A stretch of DNA of 63,505 bases, the filler included, from Thraustochytrium aureum (lineage: Eukaryota): the NCBI GenBank assembly GCA_012862495.1. It is 7 parts of 5 records of this genome, joined end to end, with 100 filler letters (N's around TTAATTAATTAA, not from the genome) between each part and the next. Parts side by side here need not be neighbours in the genome. Positions count along the whole stretch, not along the records: positions 24,892 to 44,107 come from BLSG01000182.1; 6 more parts are not named here. One strand, 5' to 3'. Under the pieces are notes generated by a model, which did no database searches, had not been told where the DNA came from, and was given only the letters and a program-made list of their open reading frames with translations. Positions 24,936-36,900 of the stretch are shown here, piece by piece. How positions within the stretch are numbered: the first letter of the stretch is position 1; each line of letters begins with the position of its first letter. The position numbers and the translations under genes were made by a program.

Positions 24936-25114
24936 AGCTCTTTGCTCGTTCATCGGATAGCTCTTTGTTCTTTAATCGGATAGCTCTTTGCTCGTTTTGT
25001 TGAACAGCTCTTTGCTCGTTCCTAGTATAGCTCTTTGTTCTTTTACGGATAGCTCTTTGTTCTTTAATCAGATAGCTCTTTGTTGTTCTTTAATCGGATA
25101 GCTCGTTGTTCTTT
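24936..25114 (+). repeat. Degenerate ~23-bp minisatellite, 8 copies
   Basis: Units begin AGCTCTTTG(C/T)T (last copy AGCTCGTTG) and mostly end in a ..TCGGAT-like tail; AT-rich relative to the genes. Confidence 0.85.
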
Positions 25115-25827
25115 CGTCCTTCTTTCCTTGGTTGTGGGGAACGCGGAGTGCGCTCGAAATCGATTTCAGAACTCGGGCTGTGAAGGGCGTGGCGAGCCTC
25201 TCCCCTTGCTCCAGAGCAGACCGAAACTGGGCTTTTTGTCAGTGGTTAGGTACTCTGCTCTACCCACCGTAGGTAGAGTGCTTTTCTCCTCCGCTACCTT
25301 GGTACTCCTACGAGCAACCTACCTACCTGCCTTCCTCCTCTGTCAGAGGCGGGCACTGGCAGAGGCCAGGCCGCCGCGTCATGGCTGGTCGGGACCGGCT
25401 GCCTCTGCTCGCCAAGCCGCAGAGGAGCGAGTCTTGGGACGCGCCGCGGAGCACGAGTGCAATCTTTCTTCCCTTTCTCCTTTGTCTTCTTCTCTTTTCT
25501 GTGAAAGCTGTTCTGACTTGGAGTTGGTTGTTGCGTGGCTGTCGGTTTTTATTGGTTTTTATTGTGGTTTTGTTGGTTTTTTTTTCGATTTTGGTGTCGT
25601 CTCTCCTTCGATGGAGTTGCTCGAAGCCACGACAGACAAGCGAGCAAGCCGGCGAAGCGCCAACCCAGACACCGTTGCTGAGGCGGGAGCAGCAGCAGCA
25701 GCAGAGCAGCGGCAGCAGCAGCGGCAGCGGCAGCGGCGGCCAGCAGGTCTAGCGGCGGCTGCAGCGGTCGCGCGGTCGTCCCGCTTGCTGCAAGGAAGGG
25801 AGTCGCGAGGCGTCACGGGCAGGCAGA

Positions 25828-27340
25828 ATGGCCGAGGCGAGGTCGGCGATCGACCTGTACTACCTGCAGAAGCGCGGCGTGAACGTGGGGCCCGACTTTG
25901 AGGGGTACTACACGTTCACCGTTCGAGTTCCCTCGCTCCCGGTGCTCGCGCAGCAAGCGGCCAACTCGGCGCACAGGCTCAAGTATGCCATCCTCAGCAA
26001 GCTCTGGCCCGCGTCGCCGATGACGCTGCTCGGCGTCATGGGGGGCGTGACCTACCTGACGGTGACCGCCAAGGGCGACTCGTGGGTGCGCAGCGGATGG
26101 CTCGCCGAGGCGCTCTGGCGCGCCGACACGGCTGCCGGCAGTTTCCTCCCCTTCCACTCGCAGTACCCGACATCGTTCCGCGTGGGGTACCTGGCCTCGG
26201 CAGCCTCCGTTGTCGGGATGCTGGGCATCGTGAGCGTGGAGCGGTTCTGCTTGCGGCTCCTGTTGTCCTGGCAAGGGTGGATGTTTGGCGCCAAGACCGT
26301 GCTGGGCAAGGCCCTCCTGACGGCCTGGGGCGCCGGCGTCAAGCTGCTGACCGGCAAGAAGAACCTGACCTACGCCTACGACGCGAGCTTGCCGACTCTG
26401 CCCCCTGCCGAGCCTGCAGCAGACCTGCAGCGGGTTTCTCGACAGCGTCCGGCCACTCTTGTCAGCGGAGGAGTACGCCAAGACGGAAGCGCTCGCGCAG
26501 TCGTTCATGGCCAACGAGGGGAAAAAGTACCAGCGCTACTTGTGGCTCAAGCACCTCGTGTCGCGCAACTACATCCTCGAGTGGTGGGAAAAGTATGTCT
26601 ACCTGCACCAGCGCACCCCGATCGCGATCAACAGCAACTACTACGTGGTCGACTCGCGCAACCGCCCCACGCTCGACCAGTGCCAGCGCGCCGCCGGGAT
26701 CGCGCACCACTTTCTGCGGTTCAAGGACATGATCGAAAACGAGACCCTGGAGCCCATGACCATCCGCGGCATGATCCCGCTCTGCATGCGCCAGTACGAG
26801 CGCATGTTTGGCACCACCCGCGTCCCAGGCCGCGAGTGCGACCAGCTCGTGCACCACCGGTACTCGCGCCACATCGTCGTCATCACGCGCGGCCACTACT
26901 ACAAGCTCGACGTGTACCACGGGGCCCGCGGCACTGCGCTGCGCCCGTACTCGACCGAGGAGATCGAGTCCCAGCTCCACCTTATCCTTGAGCACAGCAA
27001 GCGCCAGATGAACAAGCTCCCGACCCGCAAGCCCAGCCTCGGCTCGGGGCTCATGCGCAGCGCCCGCATCCAGTCGTTCGAGGACCTCGTCGTGCTCGAC
27101 TCGATGCGCGAAAAGTCCGGCTCGCGCCGGGGCGGCCTCAGCTCGTCCACCTCGATGGCCAGCTTCCAGTCCGCCACCAAGTCGGCGCCCTCGCCCAAGC
27201 AGACGCGCCGCGGCACGAGCATCGCCGCCTTTACGGCGGGCCCGCGCTCGCGCTGGGCCGAGGTCCGCGACATGTACTTTGGGGAGGGGCTCAACAAGAA
27301 GTCCCTGCACGCCATCGAGTCGGCCGCCTTCCTTCTGCAC
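25828..27340 (+). CDS. CPT1: Carnitine O-palmitoyltransferase 1-like protein; 3' end in gap
   Basis: N-terminus MAEARSA, two TM segments, LPTLPLPSL (C-run indel at 26401-26405), NYILEWWEKYVYL, INSNYY, PLCMRQYERMFGTTRVPG, RHIVV. Confidence 0.9.
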
Positions 27341-28031
27341 NNNNNNNNNNNNNNNNNNNNNNNNNNNNNNNNNNNNNNNNNNNNNNNNNNNNNNNNNNNN
27401 NNNNNNNNNNNNNNNNNNNNNNNNNNNNNNNNNNNNNNNNNNNNNNNNNNNNNNNNNNNNNNNNNNNNNNNNNNNNNNNNNNNNNNNNNNNNNNNNNNNN
27501 NNNNNNNNNNNNNNNNNNNNNNNNNNNNNNNNNNNNNNNNNNNNNNNNNNNNNNNNNNNNNNNNNNNNNNNNNNNNNNNNNNNNNNNNNNNNNNNNNNNN
27601 NNNNNNNNNNNNNNNNNNNNNNNNNNNNNNNNNNNNNNNNNNNNNNNNNNNNNNNNNNNNNNNNNNNNNNNNNNNNNNNNNNNNNNNNNNNNNNNNNNNN
27701 NNNNNNNNNNNNNNNNNNNNNNNNNNNNNNNNNNNNNNNNNNNNNNNNNNNNNNNNNNNNNNNNNNNNNNNNNNNNNNNNNNNNNNNNNNNNNNNNNNNN
27801 NNNNNNNNNNNNNNNNNNNNNNNNNNNNNNNNNNNNNNNNNNNNNNNNNNNNNNNNNNNNNNNNNNNNNNNNNNNNNNNNNNNNNNNNNNNNNNNNNNNN
27901 NNNNNNNNNNNNNNNNNNNNNNNNNNNNNNNNNNNNNNNNNNNNNNNNNNNNNNNNNNNNNNNNNNNNNNNNNNNNNNNNNNNNNNNNNNNNNNNNNNNN
28001 NNNNNNNNNNNNNNNNNNNNNNNNNNNNNNN

Positions 28032-28656
28032 ATATTGGCTCGTTCTCGGGGTACTCGAACAGAAGCGGGGTTTCGTCGTCGTCGTCATGCTGCTCAAAGA
28101 GCAGCTGCGTCTCGGAGTCGTCGCCGAGCTCCGCCCTCACCTTGCCCCGGACCCAGTCTCGCAGTGCCAGAGTTCCGAAAACGCAGATCGAAACCGCGAG
28201 GAAAAGCGACAGCACGAGCACTGTCAGCAGCGCTCCGTATGTTAGGCCGCTCGTCGTAACCCCCCCGCTGCAGGACGCCACCGTGTTTGGGTCGGTCGAA
28301 TTGTCGCCTTTCGGCGCCGTGCAAGCGCCGCACGTGCTCGAGACCGCGCACCCGGAGCTCGCAGCGCTTGAGCTTGCGCCGCCCACGCACACTGGCTCAA
28401 ACCATCCCTGCGTTGAGCACCACTTGCACTTGCCGGCCTTGCTCGCTTCATCTGCAACGCATTTCCAAGCGCAGCTTGCCGCATCAGCGTGGTTGGGGTC
28501 AAAGCATGTGGCCTTCGTCGATGCCAACAGGAGCGACACGAGCACGACGGCTGTTGTGCAGGCCACAAGCCCGATTGCCCCGCACGTCGCAATTTTGCAC
28601 TTCGTCCAGCCAGGGAGCTGTCTGAAGCCTCCAAGGTGGCTGGGTTTCGCGTCCAT
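28032..28656 (-). CDS. Small two-TM membrane protein with Cys-rich (PSI-like) luminal loop and acidic dileucine motifs
   Basis: TM1 IGLVACTTAVVLVSLLLA; CAWKC...CKWC...C...C...CGAC; TM2 ALLTVLVLSLFLAVSICVFG; tail DSETQLL and DDETPLL. Confidence 0.62.
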
Positions 28657-30002
28657 CGCGAAAGCTCCGCCGCGCCCTGCAGTTGCCGCCCAAGCGACGG
28701 CCAGCCGCCAGCCCGAGGCCAATCGCTCGGACGCCCAGCGGGCCAGGCCTTACGCAACCGTGTCGGCACCCGGCGCCCAGCGATGCCGTCGCTTGCAGTT
28801 CTCCCCGCGTTCAGGTTCTACCACCACTACAATGTACGAGCGCGTACGCGCTTTGGCCCGTCGGCGATTGGTGACGTGCAAACGTGTCAGCGTGTAAACG
28901 GGGAGCCTCGACTATGGAGCGACGTTCTTCCACTCGCGGCGAAGGTAGGGACGGAGCTGGCTTGCTTGACAGCGGCCGCAACGCTCAGGAAGAAACCGTA
29001 GGCGCCGTGTTCGAGACATGTTTGCACCAAGTTTGCATTGTCATGTGTGCTCTCGCGAGGAATCGACCCACCGGCCCCAACGCACACATACAACGAACAA
29101 ATGTCCCACCCACATTCATTAGAACATCATTGCTGATGTTTGCAAGGACCGACCAAGCCACGCCATCATCGCGCGTGCCCATCACGAGCCGGCCGCGCGA
29201 GCGCAGCAGGAGCGCCGATGCACGTGCGCGTGCGTGGCCCTGCCCTCTGCATCGCCAAAACCGTCCAAGCTGCAGGTCCAAGGCGGAGGCGCATCAACGA
29301 GTGCGAGCAAACCCGCCTCCTCGGCTGACACCCCTCCGAGTCCTGGAGGCGTTGAGCTAGTCCGCCCCGCGTGGTTCTCCCTGCACGCACGCCGGGAAAC
29401 AAGGATCACCGATCGATCGATCCAATCCGCCAGGTCGCACGCGAGCAGCCTTGTGCGCTGCTCGGCGACACGTCGCAAGCGTGCATGACCATGGGCACGC
29501 GAGACGGCACGGGTTCGAGCGCGCCAGGCGCACGGNNNNNNNNNNNNNNNNNNNNNNNNNNNNNNNNNNNNNNNNNNNNNNNNNNNNNNNNNNNNNNNNN
29601 NNNNNNNNNNNNNNNNNNNNNNNNNNNNNNNNNNNNNNNNNNNNNNNNNNNNNNNNNNNNNNNNNNNNNNNNNNNNNNNNNNNNNNNNNNNNNNNNNNNN
29701 NNNNNNNNNNNNNNNNNNNNNNNNNNNNNNNNNNNNNNNNNNNNNNNNNNNNNNNNNNNNNNNNNNNNNNNNNNNNNNNNNNNNNNNNNNNNNNNNNNNN
29801 NNNNNNNNNNNNNNNNNNNNNNNNNNNNNNNNNNNNNNNNNNNNNNNNNNNNNNNNNNNNNNNNNNNNNNNNNNNNNNNNNNNNNNNNNNNNNNNNNNNN
29901 NNNNNNNNNNNNNNNNNNNNNNNNNNNNNNNNNNNNNNNNNNNNNNNNNNNNNNNNNNNNNNNNNNNNNNNNNNNNNNNNNNNNNNNNNNNNNNNNNNNN
30001 NN

Positions 30003-30948
30003 GGCCGAAGAGTTTGCGCGGGTTTGCAGCAACCGATGCGCGTTGACGGTGGTTGACGCAGAGTCGTTGTTGAGCCACCGGCCGATCAAGAGCAAAGGAC
30101 CAACGCAGCTGGGGGAGATTGAACTCGCCGGCTTGTCCGCGAGTTTGCAAGCGGCCCAGAATGCTGGCGAAGAGCAGGTCCCTGGTCTGTGCCTGTCCTT
30201 CCGTGGCTGCGGGCTGAGCAAAGTCTGCTCTGGCCCGCGAGACGAGACCTGGCCGCAGGTCGTCGGCCTTGACCTCGCTTCGAACGAAATAGATGGGCCG
30301 AATCTCCAGCTTGGGGGCCCCAACACCTTTTTGAGGTTCTTGAACCTTGAAGGCAACAGGATTTCGAGCGCGCCGCGCCTTTCCCTCTGCGCCCGCCTGT
30401 TGCTATTAAACGTGGCTCGCAACCCGCTTCCATCGGCTGCACTTGCCGGAATATTGCAACAGACGCCCAATCTCCGCGCTCTCGTTGCGCACAACTGCGA
30501 CTTGGACTCTGCAGTTCTTGGTGCGGTTGGACAGCTCTGCGACTTGGCGCAGGTTGATCTCAGCACGAACCGTATCGCCGACGTGCAGTCGATCAGGCGT
30601 GCTTTCGAACCCATGCGGCGCAACCTGACGCACGTTTCTGTGAGAGGGAATCCGGTTCCAGAGCTTGAAGCTGCCGAGCTCGTCAAGTGGCTCCGCGCGC
30701 AGTGCCCGCAACTCGCAGAACTCGAGGGCGCTCCTTTCGTGCACGAAATCAAGACTGAAGCGCAAATGAACGACCTGGTTAGCTTTAGCGCTTCCCAAAC
30801 CGTCGATATCAATGTGCAGGACTCGTCGTCGTGCAGCTGCATCGAGGGAAACCCGTGCGCGGTCAACTACAACTGTCGGGACTGGGAGAATCGCTTTAAA
30901 GTTGCCGAGGATGCGCGGCGCGAGCTGGGTTATCAGCTGACTATGTGA
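30003..30948 (+). CDS. Leucine-rich repeat protein with LRR cap and C-terminal Cys-rich motif; 5' end in or before the gap (possible ATG at 29491)
   Basis: LDLASNEI, LNLEGNRI, LNVARNPL, VDLSTNRI, SVRGNPV, LAELEG; tail SCSCIEGNPCAVNYNCRDWENRF. Confidence 0.82.
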
Positions 30949-31054
30949 CCAGGCAACCAACCACGCGCAAAGAAGCAAGGCTCGTCGCGCCGTCTTGGCA
31001 GGCCGCGCGACCCGGCCAGCCGCTGTCCAAAGCACAGAAACGCAGAAACGATCG

Positions 31055-32438
31055 CTACTCGGCCGGGCTTCCCCGGCCCTCTTGCCCAGCGCTCGGCCGT
31101 TCAAGCTCGACGAAAGCGCGCCGCACGCAGCGCGGGTCGGTCTGTGCCGTCTCGAACTCGGCCGGAAAGTACAGCGACGAGTCCGCCGCGAGCTTTTTCA
31201 GGTCGTCGGTCCTGCCAAAGTGCTTGCACACTGCAGTTGCCAACGCGTCCACCAGCGGAGGCTCCACATGAGAATACAGGAGCTTGAGCGCCTGGGCCAC
31301 CGCGGCAACAGCGGCGGCGCGCTGCTCCGCGAGCTGCTGCTGCAGGCTCTTGAGTTGCCGATGCACTTGCAGCGCTGAGATGTCCTCGGACCGCTCAGGG
31401 AAGATTAGCCGAGCGTGCTTGATGAGAAACTGGATGTCTGCAAGGGTCTCGATCTCTGCGTATATTGACTTGACGATGCCCTCCACGAGAGAAGGGTCGA
31501 TGTTGTCAAAGTAGATGGCGCGCAAGCGGAGCTCGAGCTTGGCAGCCAGCTTTTTCCTCTCGTTCTGGCGCCGAAGCGAGTCAAACTTTGCGCGAATCCG
31601 AGGAACGCATGCAAGCGTCAATTTTTCCGGAAAGAGCCTGTCGCAGTTGCGGACCAGGTCCCTGAACTCGTCAAGGTTTGCAAACTCCCGAAACGTTACC
31701 TTGATCAATAATCGGACCTGCTCACGCCCTTCTGGCGTCTCGTAGAGCTCGCGGTACAAACCCTCTTGGAACCGTTCGGCAAGCTCGCCCTTCAACTTTT
31801 TTGCGGTAGACCGGTGCTCCAGATGTGCGAGGAGCCGCGCCGTGCAGGTCTGAACGCATGGCGTCCGGACAGGCTGCTCGTTTACTTGCTCGTCTTGAGC
31901 TGGGTCCGCGCCCGCGTCTTCTACTAACATCTCATTCAGCTGCTCGTCGGCCCGCAGGGGCTCCGCCCCCCAGTACGCGGATTTGACTTTGGGCTTGAGT
32001 GTGTCCACGCCGCGCAAGTCGACAGTGACGAGGCGTTCGAGCGTTCCGAGTCCGACAGGGAGTTTCACAAGCGCAGTTTCGCGGGCGTCGATTACGCGAA
32101 GCTTTGTGCACGCCACGAGCTCGTCCGGGAGCGCTCGCAGCGCAGGGTTGTTGTTCACCCAAAGCTGCTCGAGTCGAGCAAGGAGACCGATTTCCGCCGG
32201 GAGCTCCTCCAATTCGTTGTACCCGACGTCGAGCCTCATCAGGCCCGTGAGGCCCGCCAAGATGGACCCCAGGCACCGCAGGGAGTTGACCAAAGCTCAA
32301 GTGAAGTACTCCAGTCGCACCCGCTTGGGCAACACCAAGCGCAAGCTCTGGGACGTTCTCGATCGCCTTGCGCGCCGTCGCGTCAGCTTCCTCGGCACGT
32401 TTCTGGCCAGTAGTCGCGGTCGCTTTGACGATCTCCAT
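31055..32438 (-). CDS. Leucine-rich repeat protein with helical/coiled-coil C-terminus
   Basis: LHLSFGQL, LDVGYNELEELPAEIGLLARLEQLWVNNN, IDARETALVKLP. An extra base in the run at 32267-32270 joins ORFs 31932-32438 and 31055-32293. Confidence 0.82.
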
Positions 32439-33412
32439 CGCGCCCGAGCAAAGCGCCGCGCTGCGCCCGATTGTCCTTGCTTGAGCCCCGCAGCGAGCCT
32501 GCTGCTGCTCGCCAAACTGGTTTGCGCTGGGGCCTGGAGGTTGCCGTTACGACGACCAAAGAGTTGTTCTTCGCACAAAACGTGTTGTTCTTGAAATTTC
32601 AGAAACAAGTGAATCAAGATGCCATGGTTGAATGGCCTGACTGGTACGAGGCGGCTTCCAGATCATTGCTCACGACGGCCTGCCCCTGTCGAGAGGCTCA
32701 GCTGGCGGGGCTGGTGGCTGGCTTTCGCACTCCGACACTCTCCGCACAGCGCTGGTAAAAGGATTTGCGGGACGTTCTCCGTTAATAAACCCAACCATGT
32801 TGACCCTGATCATCAGTGTTTCGATCCCAAGCGGGTTTGTCCTTGCCGCGCGAACGCGTGGGCGAAGATCGCTGGTATAAAAGCAGGCTTCTCCTTGTCT
32901 ACAGTTGTTCTGCAGTATCACGATGATGCAGTAGGTACCTCTCGAGCGCTCAAGGGTGTCTCAAATCAAAACTCTAAATTGTCAACTTTCAAGAAAGCAA
33001 GAACAGAGGCCCTGAAAAAAAGTTGGCTGCCGCATCTCACCCCAGTGGTTGACGTCCAACCAGAAAGAGGGCCTTGTTGCCCGTTTGGGGTATTTTTCAT
33101 CGAAACCAGAAGTGGTGACCCCCTTGGACCCCCCCCAAAAAGAAACAAGTGGAGAGAGAAGGACACCAGTCAGCCTTCAAGTTCCTCTTGCTTCGACCGA
33201 GGAGGGCTTNNNNNNNNNNNNNNNNNNNNNNNNNNNNNNNNNNNNNNNNNNNNNNNNNNNNNNNNNNNNNNNNNNNNNNNNNNNNNNNNNNNNNNNNNNN
33301 NNNNNNNNNNNNNNNNNNNNNNNNNNNNNNNNNNNNNNNNNNNNNNNNNNNNNNNNNNNNNNNNNNNNNNNNNNNNNNNNNNNNNNNNNNNNNNNNNNNN
33401 NNNNNNNACACA

Positions 33413-33835
33413 ATGGCATCTTATTACCGAGACATCGCTTCGGGCGACAGCATCGTTGCGAAAGGAGCTGGTCTCCTGCCTTGGGTCCTCGACGGGCGCA
33501 TCGTCGACGGGGTTGGGTTGGTAGAATTGGCACCTGGTTCAGGACTCGAGATGCTGGATGGCCCAAACGACGAGCAGATCTCGGAACAAGATATGACCGA
33601 GTTTCGTGGTTGGTGTCGGCGTGTGACGGACACTCTGCGCGCCCAAAACTGCAACCCTATGCTGTTTCTCTCTGGTGCGCAGGACGTCATTGCCTTCGTG
33701 AGCCAAAATCGAGGACGCGTTGTCTTGTTTCACACTAAACCCGGAAAAGCGCCCGTTCTGGGCTTTACGGAAATCAGCGAGGAGGGTGAAAGCCTCTTGC
33801 TTTGGGTGTTCCCAGCCGCTCTGCTTCAAAATTAG
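33413..33835 (+). CDS. Hypothetical protein (140 aa), convergent with the NLR-like gene
   Basis: ATG just after the gap, 141 codons to TAG, globular-looking composition. No family recognised; it may extend into the gap. Confidence 0.5.
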   Translation: MASYYRDIASGDSIVAKGAGLLPWVLDGRIVDGVGLVELAPGSGLEMLDGPNDEQISEQDMTEFRGWCRRVTDTLRAQNCNPMLFLSGAQDVIAFVSQNRGRVVLFHTKPGKAPVLGFTEISEEGESLLLWVFPAALLQN

Positions 33836-33924
33836 CGTGGGCAGAAACACATGCATGTTGTAGATTGAAATAAAAAACCAAAGTAGATGGCCTGAGATGG
33901 ACCACGATGAAGTACTTGGGTACC

Positions 33925-36900
33925 CTATGCCGAGCCAGAATGCACGATCTCCAAAACGTGCACAACTCCGGCAGAGTCTCCAACAGCTAAAGTTGCCCCG
34001 TCGCACAAGGCCGTGCTCGCTTTGGCCTCGCACGTGAATGTCAGCACACGACCTGGTGCGAGCTCTACGCGAACCTGGAAGTCCTCTATCGTCACCCCAG
34101 GCCTGCCTTGACTGGCGCTCTCACTTGAAAAGTCACCTTTGGCACCGGTTTCTGCGCCATCCAATGTCCACGTAACCGCCCCCTGTCCCATTGCCTTTGC
34201 CGACACCGCGCCGTTGAGAATCAAAACCTGCGAGACGTACCCGCGGCACTTTTTCTCCAATGCGATAGTAGTCTTGGCGATATCCCAGACCTCGATTGAA
34301 CCTGAACTGCGCCCAACCGCCAGGAGGCCCTCCTGAAGTGGACAAGCTCGTCACTGCAGCTCCACCGGGTCGTACGAGAAAGTCGTCGGGCTCACCTGTT
34401 GCCCGAGACCAAGAAAGAACACTCCCGTTGAAGTCGCCCGTGAAGACCTGGTCGTCAGACAGAGCGGCACAGCTGACTTCGGCCAAGTGCCTCAAGGGAG
34501 CATGACCGTCCGAGCCAAAGCGGGTGGCCCTTTCGGGCTCCCAAAGACGAATGGTTCCGTCAAAGCAACCTGAGACGAGTAGCCCGCCATGGCACGCAAG
34601 TGCCCAGACCGACTGGCCCCTCCCATCTAGGGTCCCCGCGCGCGACGCAGACGTAGAGCTCCAAACGCTAATGAGGCTGTCTTGGGAGCCGGCGAAGACC
34701 GAAGATCCGTCGGGGGAAAGCGCAAGCGCGGTGACTGACTCGGTGTGACCACGGAGGACGTGAAGACAATCAAACGAGTCCAAAGACCAGAACCTGACCG
34801 TCCTGTCCTCTGAGCCCGTGACAATGTCCCCGCTGCTGACAAACTTGATCGCGTTGACAGCGTCGAGGTGTCCTTCAAGAACGCCAATACACGCTCCGCT
34901 CAAGTCCCAGAGCCGGGCGGTGGCGTCAAAAGACCCGCTAGCAATAAACTTGGCGCGCGTCGCGACGCTCGCAATTTGGTCCTCGTGGCCAGAAAGGACC
35001 TTCGTGCAGACAAGTTGGTCGCGCGACCAGATTCGAAGGGTCGTATCGTACGACCCAGACACCAGAAACCCGTCACCAAGCTCAATTGCAGAGCACGGTC
35101 CGGTATGCCCAAGTAGAGCCTGCGGGGCGCCGTCGAGGTCGGCCCACACCCACATCGTTCCGTCATCTGCTGCTGCTGCGAGAAGCTCGTCCGCCATCAC
35201 AACCGCCCAAAGCTCAACCCGTTTCCCGGGCGGGCGAAGCTGGTGTACGACTTCGCAGGTGCCAAGGTTCCAGACGCACACTGTGCCGTCCGCAGACGCA
35301 GTGAGAAGGAGCTCTCCAGTAGAGTAGACTCCGTACACCGCGGCAGAATGGCCCCGTAGGACCTTCCGCATCGGCGAGGCGCTGCCTTCGAGCGTGGGCC
35401 GACAGCGGACGCATCCAAGCCACATTGCTCTGTGCTAAAAACGCCTCAATGCTCGCCAAAAAGGCGCTCGTCTCGCCTGTGGAGTGGTCGAGGCGCGCAA
35501 CCAGCTGGCTTGCAAGCTCGGCTGGCGACGCGGAGAGAACTTGAAGGCTCTTCTCCAGTGCCAAGCAGACGTCCCGCGGCGCCCCAAAGTCTCGCATGAA
35601 GTCCTTGGGCTGCTCAGACGGAGAGAGGAGCCGCTGGCAGTCCACCAAGATCACGGCGAGCTTGGCGTGTTGCCCCGCTGCCTTTGTAAGCCACCCAAAG
35701 TCCAGAAAGAGGTTTGCCGCCTCTTCTTGGCGGCCCGCACAAGCCAGATGGTAGACCGCGTGCTGGAAAGCGAACGGCGAGTCAGTCGATGCGCACCATG
35801 AACCAAGCGCCGAGTGACCGCGGAGATCGTCGACCTGGAGGTCTTCCGCGTTGTCGGACCTGGAGAGCCAGTCCGCCATCGACTTGTGTGCGAGCCGGAG
35901 GTGGTCGCCCGAGTCGACGACAAGCCCGTTCAGCGCTTTGAGAATCCTGCTCAATTTGCGCTTGTCGAGGTTTGCGACAGCAGCGAGCGCGCTCTTTGGC
36001 AAAGGGGCTCGAGCTGCGACGAACGGCTCGAGGACAGCTTGGTACACAGCAGTGTCGCCTTTCAAGGTGCCCTCGAGCAAGCGGCGAAAGTAGCCCTCGT
36101 ACACGACGTCAATGCCACCGGCAGGAAGGTAGACCTCGATGTCTGCGAACCGCAGCTTGCGGTTGCTTGGAGCAGAGTCAGCTGCATTCTGGATGGCTAG
36201 GTCAACAAACCGAGCGAAAAGGGGCAAGCCCTGCGAGCGACCAAGTAGCTCGTTCGTGGCCTTCTCCGCTTCGCGAGCGCTGAGAGCGTTCCGAACCTTC
36301 GCTTCGATGATCTTGCGCATGTCGCCGGTGTTGTGGGCTTCGTTGGGCGAGAGGGCAAGGCGCTTGACTGGCTGCACCTTCCTGTCGAGCTCCATTTCAG
36401 GGCGCGCAGAGACCAACAGCTTGAGCCACGCCGGCAGGCGTCGCCAGTCCTCCGCAATTATCTTGACGAGGTGAGGTCGGTCGACTTGGCTGCACTCGTC
36501 CACCGCGTCCAAAACGAGGACGACGGGCCTCTCAGGAGCAGCCAAACGCAAGGCGGGCTCAATAATTAGAACCCGGAAGAGCGCTCGGCCATTTTTGGTA
36601 GAGTGGTCTTGGCTAGACGCCCCGACAAGCTGCTTGCCAAATCCTGGAACGGCGACAGCGAGCTGATTGGCGAGAGAGAATATGCACGACTTGAGGTCGT
36701 TCAGATCTTGGTCATCGAACTGGAAAAAGTGCAATGCAACGACATTCATCCCTCGCTGGCCAAGCGACTTGCGGCTGCTCACAACGCCCACGCCAAGGAG
36801 GATATTTTTGGCCGCGGTGATGCTCTTGCGCGCAGCTCGAGGCAACGAGAAGCGAGCGCCATTCGAATCACCGCCGCCCTCGGCGGCCAGCTCCGAGGCC

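Noticed and set aside
24936..25114. CRISPR-like repeat array
   Set aside because: The variable parts are only about 8 nt and resemble each other, there are no cas genes, and the context is eukaryotic. It is a minisatellite.
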